A DNA stretch of 54,370 bases, taken from positions 1 through 54,370 of the forward strand of contig JAFTZC010000014.1 in the NCBI GenBank assembly GCA_017461065.1, given 5' to 3'. A model generated the notes under the pieces. The model was not told the DNA's origin. It worked only from the letters and a program-made list of their open reading frames with translations, and made no database searches. Position 1 is the stretch's first letter; the number at the start of each line of letters is the position of its first letter. The position numbers were made by a program, and so were the translations under genes. The DNA comes from Clostridia bacterium. Its GTDB lineage: Bacteria; Bacillota; Clostridia; Christensenellales; DTU072. Shown in pieces: positions 18,910 through 29,836 of the stretch.

Positions 18910-20196
18910 ATGAAAACAGCTTTGGTAATGGGTATTCAGTCAAGCGGAATATCGGCAAGTAATCTTCTTGAGCGCTTGGGCTATGAAGTCAGGCTTTACG
19001 ACGATAGGCTTGAGCTACAAAACAACTATCGCGACAAGGGAGAAGCCATCTACGAAAATCTTGACGTAATCGTGGTATCTCCCTCCATACCGTACGACCA
19101 TCCCGTCGTTAAGGAAGGGGAGAGCCGTGGTATAAAGGTAATTAGTGAATTGGAGCTCGGTGCCAAGCACCTTGATGCCGTCAAGATAGCCGTCACGGGC
19201 ACCAACGGCAAGACCACTACGGTGGATATGCTGGAGAAGATGCTAAAAATTATGGGCAAAAGAGTGCGTACTATGGGTAATATCGGCTATCCCGTATCCC
19301 AAGTGGTACTTGACGGCGACGAACTCGACTATGCAATCATAGAGTGCTCCAGCTTCCAACTCGAGCGCACCTATACCTTGAAGCCCAAGTACGCCTATAT
19401 GCTCAACCTATCCCACGACCATATGGACCGTTACCAAACCTACGACGACTACGTAAACGCCAAAAAGCAGATATTTGCACTCCAAAGCGCCACGGATTAC
19501 GCCTTTTTAAACGGAGATAACCGCATAATAAGGGAAATGGGCAAGCACCTTGCAAGCAGCGTTAGGTATATTTCTTCAAGGGAGCAAAAGGGTGACGTAT
19601 ACGTAAAGGACAACTACTTTTACGTGGGCGGACAGCCCTTGATAAGCGTACGAGAGAGCCGCGCCCGTGGCGAGCACAATCGATTTAATATGATGGCGGT
19701 TATGAGCTTGGCGCGTATACTCGGCGCAACCAAGGAGCAACTTATGACTTTCGTAAGGGACTATCGCGTGCTGCCGCATCGTGTGGAATTCGTATGCACC
19801 AAAGGTGGCGTAACATTTTATAACGACTCCAAGGGCACAAACGTAGGTGCTTGCCTTGCCGCAATCGAAACGGTGGGCGGCAATATAGGGCTAATTATGG
19901 GCGGAAGCGACAAAAAAGAAGACTACTGCGAATTCTTCGACGAAATTTACGACAAAGTACGCTTCACGGCAGTAAGCGGAGCCAACGCCGAAAAGATATA
20001 TAACTCGGCTATGAAGGTGGGATATACCGATATCAAGATACTGCCGAGCATAGACGACTGCGTAAAGGAGCTATGTGCAATAAGCGGGATAGACACGGTG
20101 CTGTTCTCACCCGCGAGCGCGAGCTTTGACAGATTCCACAGCTACCAAGAAAGGGGCGAGTATTTCAAAAACAGGGTATATGCATTTAAGGCGTAA
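18910..20196 (+). CDS. murD: UDP-MurNAc-L-Ala--D-Glu ligase
   Basis: GTNGKTT, ECSSFQL, DHMDR, NDSKGTN, SPASASFD. Confidence 0.96.
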   Translation: MKTALVMGIQSSGISASNLLERLGYEVRLYDDRLELQNNYRDKGEAIYENLDVIVVSPSIPYDHPVVKEGESRGIKVISELELGAKHLDAVKIAVTGTNGKTTTVDMLEKMLKIMGKRVRTMGNIGYPVSQVVLDGDELDYAIIECSSFQLERTYTLKPKYAYMLNLSHDHMDRYQTYDDYVNAKKQIFALQSATDYAFLNGDNRIIREMGKHLASSVRYISSREQKGDVYVKDNYFYVGGQPLISVRESRARGEHNRFNMMAVMSLARILGATKEQLMTFVRDYRVLPHRVEFVCTKGGVTFYNDSKGTNVGACLAAIETVGGNIGLIMGGSDKKEDYCEFFDEIYDKVRFTAVSGANAEKIYNSAMKVGYTDIKILPSIDDCVKELCAISGIDTVLFSPASASFDRFHSYQERGEYFKNRVYAFKA

Positions 20197-21304
20197 CGTA
20201 ATACTATCCACCTTAGCGCTATCCTTATTCGGCATAGTGATGATATACTCTGCAAGCTCGTATAGCGCCGAGCTACATACGGGAGACGCATTCTTTTACG
20301 TCAAAAAGCAAGCGCTTGGGTTTATAGCAGGTTGCGTGACTATGGCGTGTGGATATTTTGTAAAGGAAGAGTGGCTTGCTAAGTTCAAATGGGCAATATA
20401 CGGAGTATCTATGGTACTTTTGCTCGTATTATTTATACCCGGCGTAGGACAATCGAGCTACGGCGCAACGCGGTGGATAGATCTTGGCTTCATAACGCTA
20501 CAAAGCTCCGAGATAGCAAAGTTTGGTTTAGTTATATTCCTTGCTTGCTATCTATACGAGCATCCGCCAACGAGCCTAAAGGCTTTGATAGTACCGCTCG
20601 TTACGGGATTATCTACTTGCATAGCCGTTATGTTAGAGCCCAATATGAGCATTACTCTCGTAATAGGCGCATCCCTAATGGTTATGCTGTTTATAGGGGG
20701 AATGAAAAGCAAGCACATTACGGCGGCGGTAATTGCGGTATGTATTGCCATACCACTTCTAATAATACTCGAGCCGTATAGAGTGAAAAGGTTGGTCGCA
20801 TTCGTCGACCCGTGGGCAAACCCTAAAGGGGAAGGCTATCAGCTCATACAATCATATTACGCATTGGGGTCGGGCGGACTGTTCGGCGTAGGACTATTCA
20901 ATAGTAGGCAAAAGTATCTATACCTACCCTTTGCCGAGAGCGACTTTATATTTTCGGTAATAGGCGAAGAACTCGGTATAATAGGTTGCTTAGTAGTGAT
21001 TGCGGTATATCTCGTGCTTATATGGAGCGGTATTAAGATAGCTCTCAAGGCCGAAAGCAACAGGACGCGTATGTTGGCGGCGGGTATAACTGCGATAATA
21101 GCAATACAAACGCTTCTAAATATTGCCGTAGTCAGCGGAGCCGTACCGCCAACGGGAGTACCGCTACCCTATATATCGTCGGGCGGAAGTTCTCTTATGG
21201 TGTTTATGTTTGCATCGGGCTTGCTTGCTCGTCTTTCGGGCGAAAAGAGTGGCGTAAAAATACCGTTCAAAAGGGAGTTTAAGCTAAAAGCGCAAAAGAT
21301 TTAA
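20180..21304 (+). CDS. ftsW: SEDS protein FtsW/SpoVE
   Basis: GATRWI, GYQLIQS, SDFIFSVIGEELG, SSGGSS; probable ATG at 20180. Confidence 0.93.
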   Translation: MHLRRNVILSTLALSLFGIVMIYSASSYSAELHTGDAFFYVKKQALGFIAGCVTMACGYFVKEEWLAKFKWAIYGVSMVLLLVLFIPGVGQSSYGATRWIDLGFITLQSSEIAKFGLVIFLACYLYEHPPTSLKALIVPLVTGLSTCIAVMLEPNMSITLVIGASLMVMLFIGGMKSKHITAAVIAVCIAIPLLIILEPYRVKRLVAFVDPWANPKGEGYQLIQSYYALGSGGLFGVGLFNSRQKYLYLPFAESDFIFSVIGEELGIIGCLVVIAVYLVLIWSGIKIALKAESNRTRMLAAGITAIIAIQTLLNIAVVSGAVPPTGVPLPYISSGGSSLMVFMFASGLLARLSGEKSGVKIPFKREFKLKAQKI

Positions 21305-21344
21305 CTAACCGAAAGCAAAATTCATACATTAAGATAGGGGTGCT

Positions 21345-22595
21345 ATGGCAAAATATCTTATTAGCGGTGGAAACTCACTTTGCGGTGAAATCGACGTTCA
21401 AGGGGCAAAAAACTCCGTACTTCCGTTGCTATCGGCTGCGATACTTACTGCGGACGACGTTATAATCCAAAACGCACCGAAGCTAACCGACGTAACCAAT
21501 ATGATGCGTATATTGCGTGCTCTCGGAGCAGTTGCCGAGCGCGAAGGCAGCCTGGTTAGGGTGAGCGCAAAGGATATAAGCTCTCACGAAATACCCGTTA
21601 GTCTTGCAAAGGAGCTTAGGAGCTCGATATTTTTGTTGGGCTCGGTGCTTGCAAGAGTAAAAAAGGCAAAGGTTGCCTACCCCGGTGGGTGTGATATCGG
21701 TCTTAGACCCATAGACCTTCACCTAAAGGCGCTACGCGAAATGGGTGTGGAGATAAGGGAAGAAGGTGGCTACGTCTACTGCGACGCAAGCGGAGCGGAG
21801 CCGAGCTACGTTACCCTTGATTATCCCAGCGTTGGTGCTACCGAAAACGCGATGTTGCTTGCAACTTCAATCGATGGCGTAACGAGTATTGCTAACTGCG
21901 CCGAAGAACCCGAGATAGAAGACCTGCAAAACTTCATCAACGCGATGGGCGGATGCGTAAGCGGAGCAGGGACGCCTTTTATTAAAATAAAAGGTGGTTT
22001 GCCGCTAAAAGGCACGGTTTTTAGCACTATGCCCGATAGAATAGAAGCAGGTACCTATTTACTCGGCACGCTTGCTTGCGGTGGCGACGTAACGTTAAAA
22101 GGGGCAAAAGCCGAACATTTATCGGCAGTAATTTCTAAATTTTCAAAATGGGATTGCAAAATTAATGCAAATAGTGATAGAATACATATAAGCTCAAATG
22201 GTAATATGGGTGAGCTTGGAGTTATCGAAACCAAGCCTTACCCTGGTTTTCCTACCGATTTGCAAGCCGAGATATGCACGCTTGCGAGCATTTCAAAGGG
22301 TTCTACTATAATAGTAGAAAACCTATTTGAAACTCGATTCAAGCACGTCCCCGAGCTCATCAAGATGGGCGCTAACGTAAAAGTTAGGGATAGGGTGGCT
22401 GTGTTTAACGGTGTGGATAGGCTTAGCGGCGCCAAGGTATACGCCAAAGATTTGCGTGGCGGAGCGGCGCTTATACTTGCAGGACTGTGCGCCAAAGGAG
22501 ATACGGAAGTAAACGACGTACACTTCGTGGAGCGCGGATACGAAGATATCGTAGCAAAGCTAACCCGTTTGGGAGCAAATATAAAAAAGGCTTAA
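21345..22595 (+). CDS. murA: UDP-GlcNAc 1-carboxyvinyltransferase
   Basis: GAKNS, PGGCDIGLRPIDLH, PGFPTDLQ, DLRGGA. Confidence 0.97.
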   Translation: MAKYLISGGNSLCGEIDVQGAKNSVLPLLSAAILTADDVIIQNAPKLTDVTNMMRILRALGAVAEREGSLVRVSAKDISSHEIPVSLAKELRSSIFLLGSVLARVKKAKVAYPGGCDIGLRPIDLHLKALREMGVEIREEGGYVYCDASGAEPSYVTLDYPSVGATENAMLLATSIDGVTSIANCAEEPEIEDLQNFINAMGGCVSGAGTPFIKIKGGLPLKGTVFSTMPDRIEAGTYLLGTLACGGDVTLKGAKAEHLSAVISKFSKWDCKINANSDRIHISSNGNMGELGVIETKPYPGFPTDLQAEICTLASISKGSTIIVENLFETRFKHVPELIKMGANVKVRDRVAVFNGVDRLSGAKVYAKDLRGGAALILAGLCAKGDTEVNDVHFVERGYEDIVAKLTRLGANIKKA

Positions 22596-22612
22596 AGGAG
22601 CGTTTTCAAAGG

Positions 22613-23281
22613 ATGAAGAGAAGGTATATCTCCGTCGCGATAGGGCTGGTCGTCGTTATTTTAATAACGATTTTCGGCAACCTATTGAAGATTAGCAAGG
22701 TGGAAGTGGAGTTTAGTGATGCTCCCGTTTCCGTCGATGCCGTCGAGATATACGATTTTTCGACCATAAAGCTGGGCGACTCCATTTTGAGCCTAAACGA
22801 AAACGTAGTCAAAAAGAGAATTATGGACTCTTATTCCGATAACGCAATCGCCGTTACCGACATAGTCAGAGTTTTCCCAAACAAAGTTATCATTTATTGC
22901 CAAGAGCACGTGCCTATGTGTGCTATTGCTAAAAAGGGTAATCCCGACGTTTACGCCATTGCAGATGGCGATTTCCAACTCAACAAGGTGGTTGCTAAAG
23001 CCGATGCCGATTTGGACGCGCTCATTTTAATCGAAGGGTTGGAAGTAGGGGACACTTATAACACCGCAACGTTTAAAATGCTCAACAAGCTTTTCATCGC
23101 GCTTGAAGACGAGGGCTTGGACTACGCCGAGCAAGCAAGATTTATCAAGAGTATTAAGTACAACGTAAGCAATCTTACGATAGTAACTCGCAGCGGATAT
23201 ACCGATACTTTTAGCTATACGCCCGAGACTATCGACGAAGCTATACGTGGTTTCTATCAAAAATATTTGACGACGCCATAA
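22613..23281 (+). CDS. FtsQ/DivIB-like POTRA protein
   Basis: N-terminal TM, POTRA-like RVFPNKVII segment, position before ftsA; probable ATG at 22613. Confidence 0.75.
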   Translation: MKRRYISVAIGLVVVILITIFGNLLKISKVEVEFSDAPVSVDAVEIYDFSTIKLGDSILSLNENVVKKRIMDSYSDNAIAVTDIVRVFPNKVIIYCQEHVPMCAIAKKGNPDVYAIADGDFQLNKVVAKADADLDALILIEGLEVGDTYNTATFKMLNKLFIALEDEGLDYAEQARFIKSIKYNVSNLTIVTRSGYTDTFSYTPETIDEAIRGFYQKYLTTP

Positions 23282-23308
23282 TTTTTTCAAAAAATTTCAA
23301 AAACCTTA

Positions 23309-23337
23309 TTGACACGCGCGCACGCATAATATATAAT
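23309..23337 (+). promoter_or_regulatory. Consensus sigmaA promoter of ftsAZ
   Basis: TTGACA-17-TATAAT. Confidence 0.85.
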
Positions 23338-23377
23338 AAAAATATATAAGTGCGTAATTTCGCTTGGGAGTTAGGTA

Positions 23378-24538
23378 ATGAAGATTAAAAAAGTTGCCGT
23401 TTTGGATATTGCTTCGGATGCTATCACTTTGGTTATGCAAGACAAATACACCGATAGCTATACTTTCCGCGCCGTGCAAGAGTACGACGGCTTTTATAAC
23501 GGCGAGTTTTTTGAGCCGCAAGAGCTTTTTAGAGTAATCGATAGCCTTATTGCCGAATGCGAAAAATCCACGTTTACCAAAATCAACAAAATCTTAGTAG
23601 GCGTACCCGGCGAGTTTAGTGCCGTAATCACTTCTAAGGTCGAAAGTGACTTTGGCGTTTCACGCAAAGTGTTGGAAATGGACGTCGACGCATTGTACGA
23701 CAAGGGCAAGCCTATGAGCGACGGTCACGTTTGCATCAGCGCAAGCCCCATATACTTTGAGCTTGACGACGGCACTTGTACCATAACCCCCGTAGGGGCA
23801 ACCACCAAAAAGCTCCGTTGCCTTATGAGCTATATGGTTGCGGAAAGTTCGTTTACTTCCTTGTTTGACAAGATAGCCGAAGAACTCGGCGTAGAGTTTA
23901 CCTATGCATCCAGCGTTCAAGCCGAAGTAATGTTCGTAGTACCAGAGCATCTACGTGATGAAGGCGTCATCCTTGCCGACGTAGGTTACACCACCACTTC
24001 GGTGGCTTATGCAATAGGGGACGGCATTGCTCACTCGCTGTCATTCAGTTTAGGCGCAGGGCATATTGCCGCAGATATCAGCGAAGTCAAGGAAATCCCT
24101 TACGACCACGCCTTGGCACTCGTTGATAGGCTCAACCTTAATATCGCCGCTTCGGCAAACGACGAATATTGCGTTTCCGTCGGTCAAGAGATTGCCTACT
24201 ACAAGGTAAGCGAAATCAACGAAATCGCATCCGCTCGTATTGAGAACATTGCCGAGATGATAGGCAAAGCAATCAGAAGCTCCTATTACGACATAAATCT
24301 CAACACTAAAGTGTTGCTAACAGGTTCGGGCATATCCCATATCCCCGGCGCAAAAGAAATCGTAGCTCGACTAACTTCAAGGCAAGTGGAAATTCTCGCC
24401 CCGGATATAATGCAATTCGACAAACCCAAATATGCACAAGCTGCAGGGCTTTTGATGGTACAACAAAGACAACTCACCCAAAAGCGTGCTAACAATTTTA
24501 TAAATCGATTAAAGGAAATTATAAGCAGGAGGAAATAA
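23378..24538 (+). CDS. ftsA: Cell division protein FtsA (divergent)
   Basis: LDIAS, LADVGYTTT and LLTGSG actin-fold motifs; amphipathic C-terminus; directly upstream of ftsZ. Confidence 0.88.
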   Translation: MKIKKVAVLDIASDAITLVMQDKYTDSYTFRAVQEYDGFYNGEFFEPQELFRVIDSLIAECEKSTFTKINKILVGVPGEFSAVITSKVESDFGVSRKVLEMDVDALYDKGKPMSDGHVCISASPIYFELDDGTCTITPVGATTKKLRCLMSYMVAESSFTSLFDKIAEELGVEFTYASSVQAEVMFVVPEHLRDEGVILADVGYTTTSVAYAIGDGIAHSLSFSLGAGHIAADISEVKEIPYDHALALVDRLNLNIAASANDEYCVSVGQEIAYYKVSEINEIASARIENIAEMIGKAIRSSYYDINLNTKVLLTGSGISHIPGAKEIVARLTSRQVEILAPDIMQFDKPKYAQAAGLLMVQQRQLTQKRANNFINRLKEIISRRK

Positions 24539-24541
24539 CTG

Positions 24542-25747
24542 ATGGCTAATTCTTACGGCGTAGCAAATATCAAAGTAATAGGCGTAGGTGGAGGCGGTGG
24601 CAACGCAGTCAACCGTATGATACTTGCAGGCATTACTTCTTGTACTTTTATTGCTGCAAACACCGATATGCAAGCTCTTAATATGAGCAAAGCTCCTATT
24701 AAAATTCAACTTGGCGCAAATCTAACCAAAGGTTTGGGCGCAGGTGCCGACCCCGAAATGGGCGCAAGAGCTGCAGAAGAAAGCAAGGAAGAAATCCGTG
24801 CTCATCTCGAAGATACCGACCTTTTGTTCATCACCGCAGGTATGGGCGGTGGCACCGGCACGGGTGCTGCACCCGTAATTGCACAAATGGCAAAGGAAAT
24901 GAACATACTTACCATTGCAGTAGTTACCAAACCCTTTGAAACTTTTGAAGGTAAGCGCAGAATGGATAACGCTCAAAAGGGTATCGACGCTCTACGCAAA
25001 GTAGTTGACACTTTGCTCGTTATTCCCAACGAAAAAATTCAAATGTTCGTACCAAAGGGCACCACGCTCGTACAAGCATTCAAGGTTGCAGACGACGTTT
25101 TGAGACAAGGTATCCAAGGCATTACCGAAATCATCACTACTCCTTCGTTAATCAACCTTGACTTTGCCGACATCAAGACCATTATGAAGAACAAGGGCAA
25201 CGCTCATATCGGTATCGGTAAGGGTAAGGGCGAAAACCGCACCTTCGAAGCGGTACGCCAAGCTGTACAAAGCCCACTTCTTGAAACCAATATCCAAGGC
25301 GCAACCGACATTATCGTTTACGTAACCGGCAACGAAGGCCTTACTATGGACGAAGTTAATAACTCCGTAAGCTTGATTAAGGACGTAGCAGACCCAAGTG
25401 CTAATATCATCGTAGGTATGGGCGTTGACAGCAATCTTGACGATAGTTGCATCATCACGGTTATTGCAACCGGTTTTGAAACCCGTCCCGACGGCAGGTC
25501 CAAGTACACCCAAATCAGCCGTCCTATGTTCAACAACGACTCCGAGCGCAACGCTAAAATGGATAGAATGTACGGCTACGCTCAAGAAGAAGTTGCAGCA
25601 GCCCAGGTTCCCCAAAGACAGGAAAATCCCGTACCCCAATACGCTCCACAACCCCAACAATACAACCCCGCACCAATGGGCAGAATGGACGTGAGTGACT
25701 CCAAAATCCCACCCTTCCTTCAAAGAATTAAGGATAAAAACAGATAA
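24542..25747 (+). CDS. ftsZ: Cell division protein FtsZ
   Basis: GGGTGTG, INLDFAD, C-terminal IPPFL. Confidence 0.99.
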   Translation: MANSYGVANIKVIGVGGGGGNAVNRMILAGITSCTFIAANTDMQALNMSKAPIKIQLGANLTKGLGAGADPEMGARAAEESKEEIRAHLEDTDLLFITAGMGGGTGTGAAPVIAQMAKEMNILTIAVVTKPFETFEGKRRMDNAQKGIDALRKVVDTLLVIPNEKIQMFVPKGTTLVQAFKVADDVLRQGIQGITEIITTPSLINLDFADIKTIMKNKGNAHIGIGKGKGENRTFEAVRQAVQSPLLETNIQGATDIIVYVTGNEGLTMDEVNNSVSLIKDVADPSANIIVGMGVDSNLDDSCIITVIATGFETRPDGRSKYTQISRPMFNNDSERNAKMDRMYGYAQEEVAAAQVPQRQENPVPQYAPQPQQYNPAPMGRMDVSDSKIPPFLQRIKDKNR

Positions 25748-25784
25748 TAAAGGTTAAAAACCTATCTTAAATTCGCATATTACC

Positions 25785-25820
25785 AAAGAGAAAACGGAAC
25801 GAAATCCGTTTTCTTTTTTT
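25785..25820 (+). terminator. Intrinsic terminator after ftsZ
   Basis: AGAAAACGGA/TCCGTTTTCT plus T-run. Confidence 0.8.
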
Positions 25821-25828
25821 GCATAAAA

Positions 25829-26593
25829 ATGATTGAGTTAGTGAGTGAAATCGACATTTTAGAGTTATTAAGCATACTTACCAAAAGTTACCTTAGCTTT
25901 TACTTCGTGCTAAGCGTGTACAAGTATGAAGTATCAGCTTTTAGGCTATTGATATCGAGTTTTATAATTGCGGCGTTTATGCAGTTAAGGGCAAAGCTAA
26001 ATAGTCCAACGCTACTTTTGGATGGGATAGTTATAACGGTAGCCATACTTTTGGTTAAGCGAGAATTTAGCTTTAAGGAGTTTGTCAAAATTTCGGCATT
26101 ATACGGTCTTATAACGCTACTTGCAAAAAGCTTTGAGAGTTTGCTAATCGACTTTATCGAGCCTAACGAGAATTTGCTTTCTATGATAGTATGTACGTCG
26201 ATACTCCTTAGTGTTTTCGTGCTAAAAGTCGTGCTAAAACTTGTTGCAAACGCCAAACCGCATAGGCTTGTATATTCGGTTGAGTTAATTAGCGGTTCCG
26301 CCACTTTAAAAACCAAAGCTTTTTGGGATAGCGGAAACCAATTATACTTCAAAGGGCAACCCGTTATAATGGTTTCGGCAGAAGTTGCCAATAAATTAAA
26401 GCTCAAAAACACTCTAAAAATCCCCGTTTCTACGGTGGGCGGAAGGTCGATACTCGATGGTGGAGAGCTTTGCATTAAGATATTTTCAGACAAAAAATCT
26501 CATAAGTTATTGGAAGTGCGCTATTGCATTTCGGATACAATAGTTTCAAGGGGCTACGACGTCCTTTTACACAAGGAGATGGAAGGTGTATGA
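25829..26593 (+). CDS. spoIIGA: Pro-sigmaE processing protease (start uncertain)
   Basis: Multi-TM N-terminus, aspartic motif [14 protein letters not shown]; directly upstream of sigE. Confidence 0.85.
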   Translation: MIELVSEIDILELLSILTKSYLSFYFVLSVYKYEVSAFRLLISSFIIAAFMQLRAKLNSPTLLLDGIVITVAILLVKREFSFKEFVKISALYGLITLLAKSFESLLIDFIEPNENLLSMIVCTSILLSVFVLKVVLKLVANAKPHRLVYSVELISGSATLKTKAFWDSGNQLYFKGQPVIMVSAEVANKLKLKNTLKIPVSTVGGRSILDGGELCIKIFSDKKSHKLLEVRYCISDTIVSRGYDVLLHKEMEGV

Positions 26594-27288
26594 TTAACGT
26601 ATTAACCAAATTTTTGGCACTCATAAAAAGAATGTTTTCGCTTACCGATACCGTGGATTATATGGTGTCTTTGCCAAGTCCGCTCGAAGGGGAAGAAGAA
26701 CTAAAGTGCATCAAGCTTGCCGAAAGCGGTGACGTCGATGCTCGCAATACCTTGATTGAACGCAATCTTAGGCTTGTAGTCTATATTGCCAAGCGCTTTG
26801 ACAATACGGGTATGGATATGGAAGAACTCATCAGCGTGGGAACCATTGGGTTAATCAAGGCGGTAAAGAGTTATAATTCCGAAAAGAAGATTAAGCTTGC
26901 AACCTACGCTTCAAGGTGTATTGAAAACGAAATACTGATGTATCTTCGCAAAATGGTCAAAACCAAAAGCGAAGTCAGCCTTGACGAGCCTTTGAACGTC
27001 GATTACGAGGGTAACAAGCTGCTGCTTAGCGACGTGCTTGGCACCGATGGAGGCGAGATATATCGCGAAGTGGAAAACGAAGTTGAAAAGGGGATACTGC
27101 GCGAGCTGTTTATGAAGTTATCCGAGCGCGACCGCTCTATAATATGTATGCGTTACGGGTTGTACGGCGTTGAGGAAAAAACTCAAAAGGAAATTGCCGA
27201 TATGATGGGTATATCACAGTCCTACATAAGCCGCCTTGAAAAGCGTATACTCGAAAAACTCAAGTCTGAATTTATGAAACTCGAATAA
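26590..27288 (+). CDS. sigE: Sporulation sigma factor E
   Basis: [42 protein letters not shown]; ATG 26590 overlaps the spoIIGA stop. Confidence 0.95.
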   Translation: MINVLTKFLALIKRMFSLTDTVDYMVSLPSPLEGEEELKCIKLAESGDVDARNTLIERNLRLVVYIAKRFDNTGMDMEELISVGTIGLIKAVKSYNSEKKIKLATYASRCIENEILMYLRKMVKTKSEVSLDEPLNVDYEGNKLLLSDVLGTDGGEIYREVENEVEKGILRELFMKLSERDRSIICMRYGLYGVEEKTQKEIADMMGISQSYISRLEKRILEKLKSEFMKLE

Positions 27289-27353
27289 ATTCTTAAATTT
27301 TATTGAATTACTTTATCTTTTTTGTGCATACTCCTTGCAAGGAGACGTTCAGA

Positions 27354-28118
27354 ATGGCAAAAAAGGTAATGGGGATTAACGTAAGCGAACTACCAACTCT
27401 CAGCGCTCAGGAATTAGACGGTATGATAAAGGATATTAAGAATGGAAAGAGCGAGCTAAGAGAGATATTTTTACTTGCAAACGTAAGACTCGTATTACTT
27501 TCAATCAACAAATTCCGCTCGACCAAAGAAAGTCCCGACGATTTATTCCAAGTGGGAATGCTTGGACTTATGAAAGCAACGGACAATTTTGACGTTAGTT
27601 TGGGACTAAAATTTTCCACCTATGCAATCCCTATGATTCTTGGAGAGATTAGGAGATTTTGTCGTGAAGGAACGGCGTTCAAGGTAGGTAGACAGGTACG
27701 TGACGTTGCTTATAAAGCGGTAAAGGCACGCGAAAAATTGGAGCTACTTGGCAAGGAAGCGACTTTAACTGAGATAGCCGATGAGCTTGAATTACCATAT
27801 TACGAAGTAATAAGTGCACTTGACGCAATAGCAGAGCCACAGTCGATGTATCAGGAAATCTATGGTGACGACGGAGACGGAGTTGAAATAATCGACCTTG
27901 TAAAAGACCCCGCGAGCGACTATGATTATGCAGAAAGAATTACGCTTTTGGAAGGAGTAAAAAATTTGCCCCCAAAGGAAAGGGCAGTAATCGAAATGCG
28001 CTACTATCAAGGCTCTACGCAAACCGAAATTGCAAAAGTTTTGGACGTTTCCCAAGCGCAGGTATCAAGGCTCGAAAAGGGTGCTATCGAAAAGCTACGC
28101 ACTACCTTTCAAGTTTGA
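27354..28118 (+). CDS. sigG: Sporulation sigma factor G
   Basis: DDLFQVG, FSTYAIPMILGEIRR, SQAQVSRLEK; follows sigE; upstream GAATTA...CATACTC forespore-type promoter. Confidence 0.92.
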   Translation: MAKKVMGINVSELPTLSAQELDGMIKDIKNGKSELREIFLLANVRLVLLSINKFRSTKESPDDLFQVGMLGLMKATDNFDVSLGLKFSTYAIPMILGEIRRFCREGTAFKVGRQVRDVAYKAVKAREKLELLGKEATLTEIADELELPYYEVISALDAIAEPQSMYQEIYGDDGDGVEIIDLVKDPASDYDYAERITLLEGVKNLPPKERAVIEMRYYQGSTQTEIAKVLDVSQAQVSRLEKGAIEKLRTTFQV

Positions 28119-28121
28119 TAT

Positions 28122-28145
28122 AAAGCACCTCCAAGGTGCTTTTTT
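28122..28145 (+). terminator. Intrinsic terminator after sigG
   Basis: AAAGCACCT-CCA-AGGTGCTTT plus T-run. Confidence 0.8.
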
Positions 28146-28173
28146 CATATATCGCGACCGAGTTGCATAGAAT
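28145..28173 (+). promoter_or_regulatory. Putative sigmaE promoter of the ylmC-like gene
   Basis: TCATAT-15-CATAGAAT resembles the sigmaE consensus. Confidence 0.6.
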
Positions 28174-28188
28174 CTAAAGGAGAACGTA

Positions 28189-28458
28189 ATGCAGGGCATA
28201 GATTATACCTTTTGTGAGCTAAGAGAAAAGGTCGTCGTAAATTGTATGGACGGCAAGCAACTCGGTAGGGTTGTTGATATTGCGCTACATTGTAGCGGCA
28301 GAGTGGTTGGGCTTATTGCATCGGGGGATAAAAAGATGTTCAAAGGCTTTTCGGGTAATGAAAATATCTTTATTCCGTGGGCAAAGGTCAACAAAATAGG
28401 CGACGACGTAATTTTAGTGGAACTCGGTGGCGTTAATTCTACCGAAATTAGTAAATAA
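28189..28458 (+). CDS. YlmC/YmxH-family PRC-barrel sporulation protein
   Basis: ELREKVVVN..DGKQLG and IPW..V.KIGDDVILV. Confidence 0.92.
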   Translation: MQGIDYTFCELREKVVVNCMDGKQLGRVVDIALHCSGRVVGLIASGDKKMFKGFSGNENIFIPWAKVNKIGDDVILVELGGVNSTEISK

Positions 28459-28460
28459 TC

Positions 28461-28489
28461 TTTACAATTTCAACTATATATTGTATAAT
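28461..28489 (+). promoter_or_regulatory. nrdR promoter with an overlapping NrdR-box-like site
   Basis: TTTACA-17-TATAAT; CAACTATATATTGTAT at 28471-28486. Confidence 0.65.
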
Positions 28490-28518
28490 TAAGGCATAAA
28501 AATTGGGAGATATACTAT

Positions 28519-28989
28519 ATGAAGTGTCCTTTTTGCAATTGTCTTGATTCAAAAGTAGTTGATTCACGTCTAAACGACGACGGAACTTCCATCAGAAGAC
28601 GTCGCGAGTGCACCGGTTGCGCCAAGCGTTATACCACGTACGAAAAGATAGAGTCGACTCCCGTTCTCGTCATCAAAAACAACGGCAACAGACAAATTTT
28701 CGACTCTGCAAAAATCAAAAACGGCATCATCAAGGCTTGTGAAAAACGTCCCGTTTCTATGGCTAAAATCGATAAGCTCGTAAACGATATCGAAAAGCAA
28801 GTTAATAACACTTTAGCACAAGAGATTTCTTCCAAAAAAGTGGGCGATATGGTTATGAACGGGCTCAAGACTCTTGACGACGTTGCATACGTTAGATACG
28901 CATCAGTTCACAGACAATTCAAGGATATCAACACGCTTTTAGAAGAAATCGAAAAGCTTGTTGCAGACAAAACCGACGAGGAAAAGTAG
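28519..28989 (+). CDS. nrdR: Transcriptional repressor NrdR
   Basis: MKCPFC, RRRREC, ATP cone, VAYVRYASV. Confidence 0.97.
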   Translation: MKCPFCNCLDSKVVDSRLNDDGTSIRRRRECTGCAKRYTTYEKIESTPVLVIKNNGNRQIFDSAKIKNGIIKACEKRPVSMAKIDKLVNDIEKQVNNTLAQEISSKKVGDMVMNGLKTLDDVAYVRYASVHRQFKDINTLLEEIEKLVADKTDEEK

Positions 28990-28990
28990 T

Positions 28991-29818
28991 TTGAGAGTTT
29001 ATAAATTTGATAGAAAACCGCTAAGACTTTCCAAGTATTTGAGCGAAGTCTTCCCAGAGCTAAGGTACGGATATTTCCGTACTCTTTTGAAGTTAAGAGA
29101 GATAAAAATCAACGGCAAAAAGATTTCCGCCGACGTCATTTTGCAAAAGGGCGACGTAGTGGAAGTATATTGTGACGAAGATAAGCTTTTGAAGTTCAAT
29201 TTCGATTGGGTATTCCAAGACGAAAATATCCTTATTGCCGTCAAACCAAGGGGAGTATCGAGCGAAGAATTTTGCTCACGCATATCCACTACAATCAACA
29301 AGCCAACCGAGCTTGCTCATAGGCTTGATACTAATACTAAGGGACTTCTCATTATGAGCCACAACGAAGTTGCGGCTGCTACTCTTAGAGAAGGTTTCCG
29401 CAAGGGCTTCATTGAAAAGAAGTACCACGCTCTCGTGGGTGGCACGCTCAAAGAGCACCTTGACCTTAGGGCGTATCTGCTAAAAGACGCCGAAAAGGGT
29501 GTCGTAACCGTCACCGATATCAAGGTAAACGGAGCCGTACCCATTCGTACCGAAGTGGAGCCCGTAGAAGGCACGGAAGACTCTACTATAGTAGAGGTTA
29601 CTCTCCACAGCGGCAAAACTCACCAAATCAGAGCCCACCTTGCTTATGCAGGCTATCCCATCGTCGGCGACACCAAGTACGGCGACTTCGAACTCAATAG
29701 GCTAATGCGCGCAAAGCGCCAATATCTAACCGCAACCTACCTTGCCTTCCGTTTCCCCAAGGGCAACAAGCTAAGTTATCTAAACGACAAGTTTTTTGAA
29801 ATTAAAAGAGATTTTTAG
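28991..29818 (+). CDS. RluA-family pseudouridine synthase
   Basis: S4-like N-terminus, HRLD, GKTHQIRAH, PIVGDTKYG; probable TTG start after the nrdR stop. Confidence 0.92.
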   Translation: MRVYKFDRKPLRLSKYLSEVFPELRYGYFRTLLKLREIKINGKKISADVILQKGDVVEVYCDEDKLLKFNFDWVFQDENILIAVKPRGVSSEEFCSRISTTINKPTELAHRLDTNTKGLLIMSHNEVAAATLREGFRKGFIEKKYHALVGGTLKEHLDLRAYLLKDAEKGVVTVTDIKVNGAVPIRTEVEPVEGTEDSTIVEVTLHSGKTHQIRAHLAYAGYPIVGDTKYGDFELNRLMRAKRQYLTATYLAFRFPKGNKLSYLNDKFFEIKRDF

Positions 29819-29836
29819 CATAGCTAAAAACTTAAC

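Noticed and set aside
25148-26493. Long antisense ORFs (25148-25723, 25900-26493) and similar short ORFs throughout
   Set aside because: Shadows of well-supported genes on the opposite strand, with no motifs or SD.
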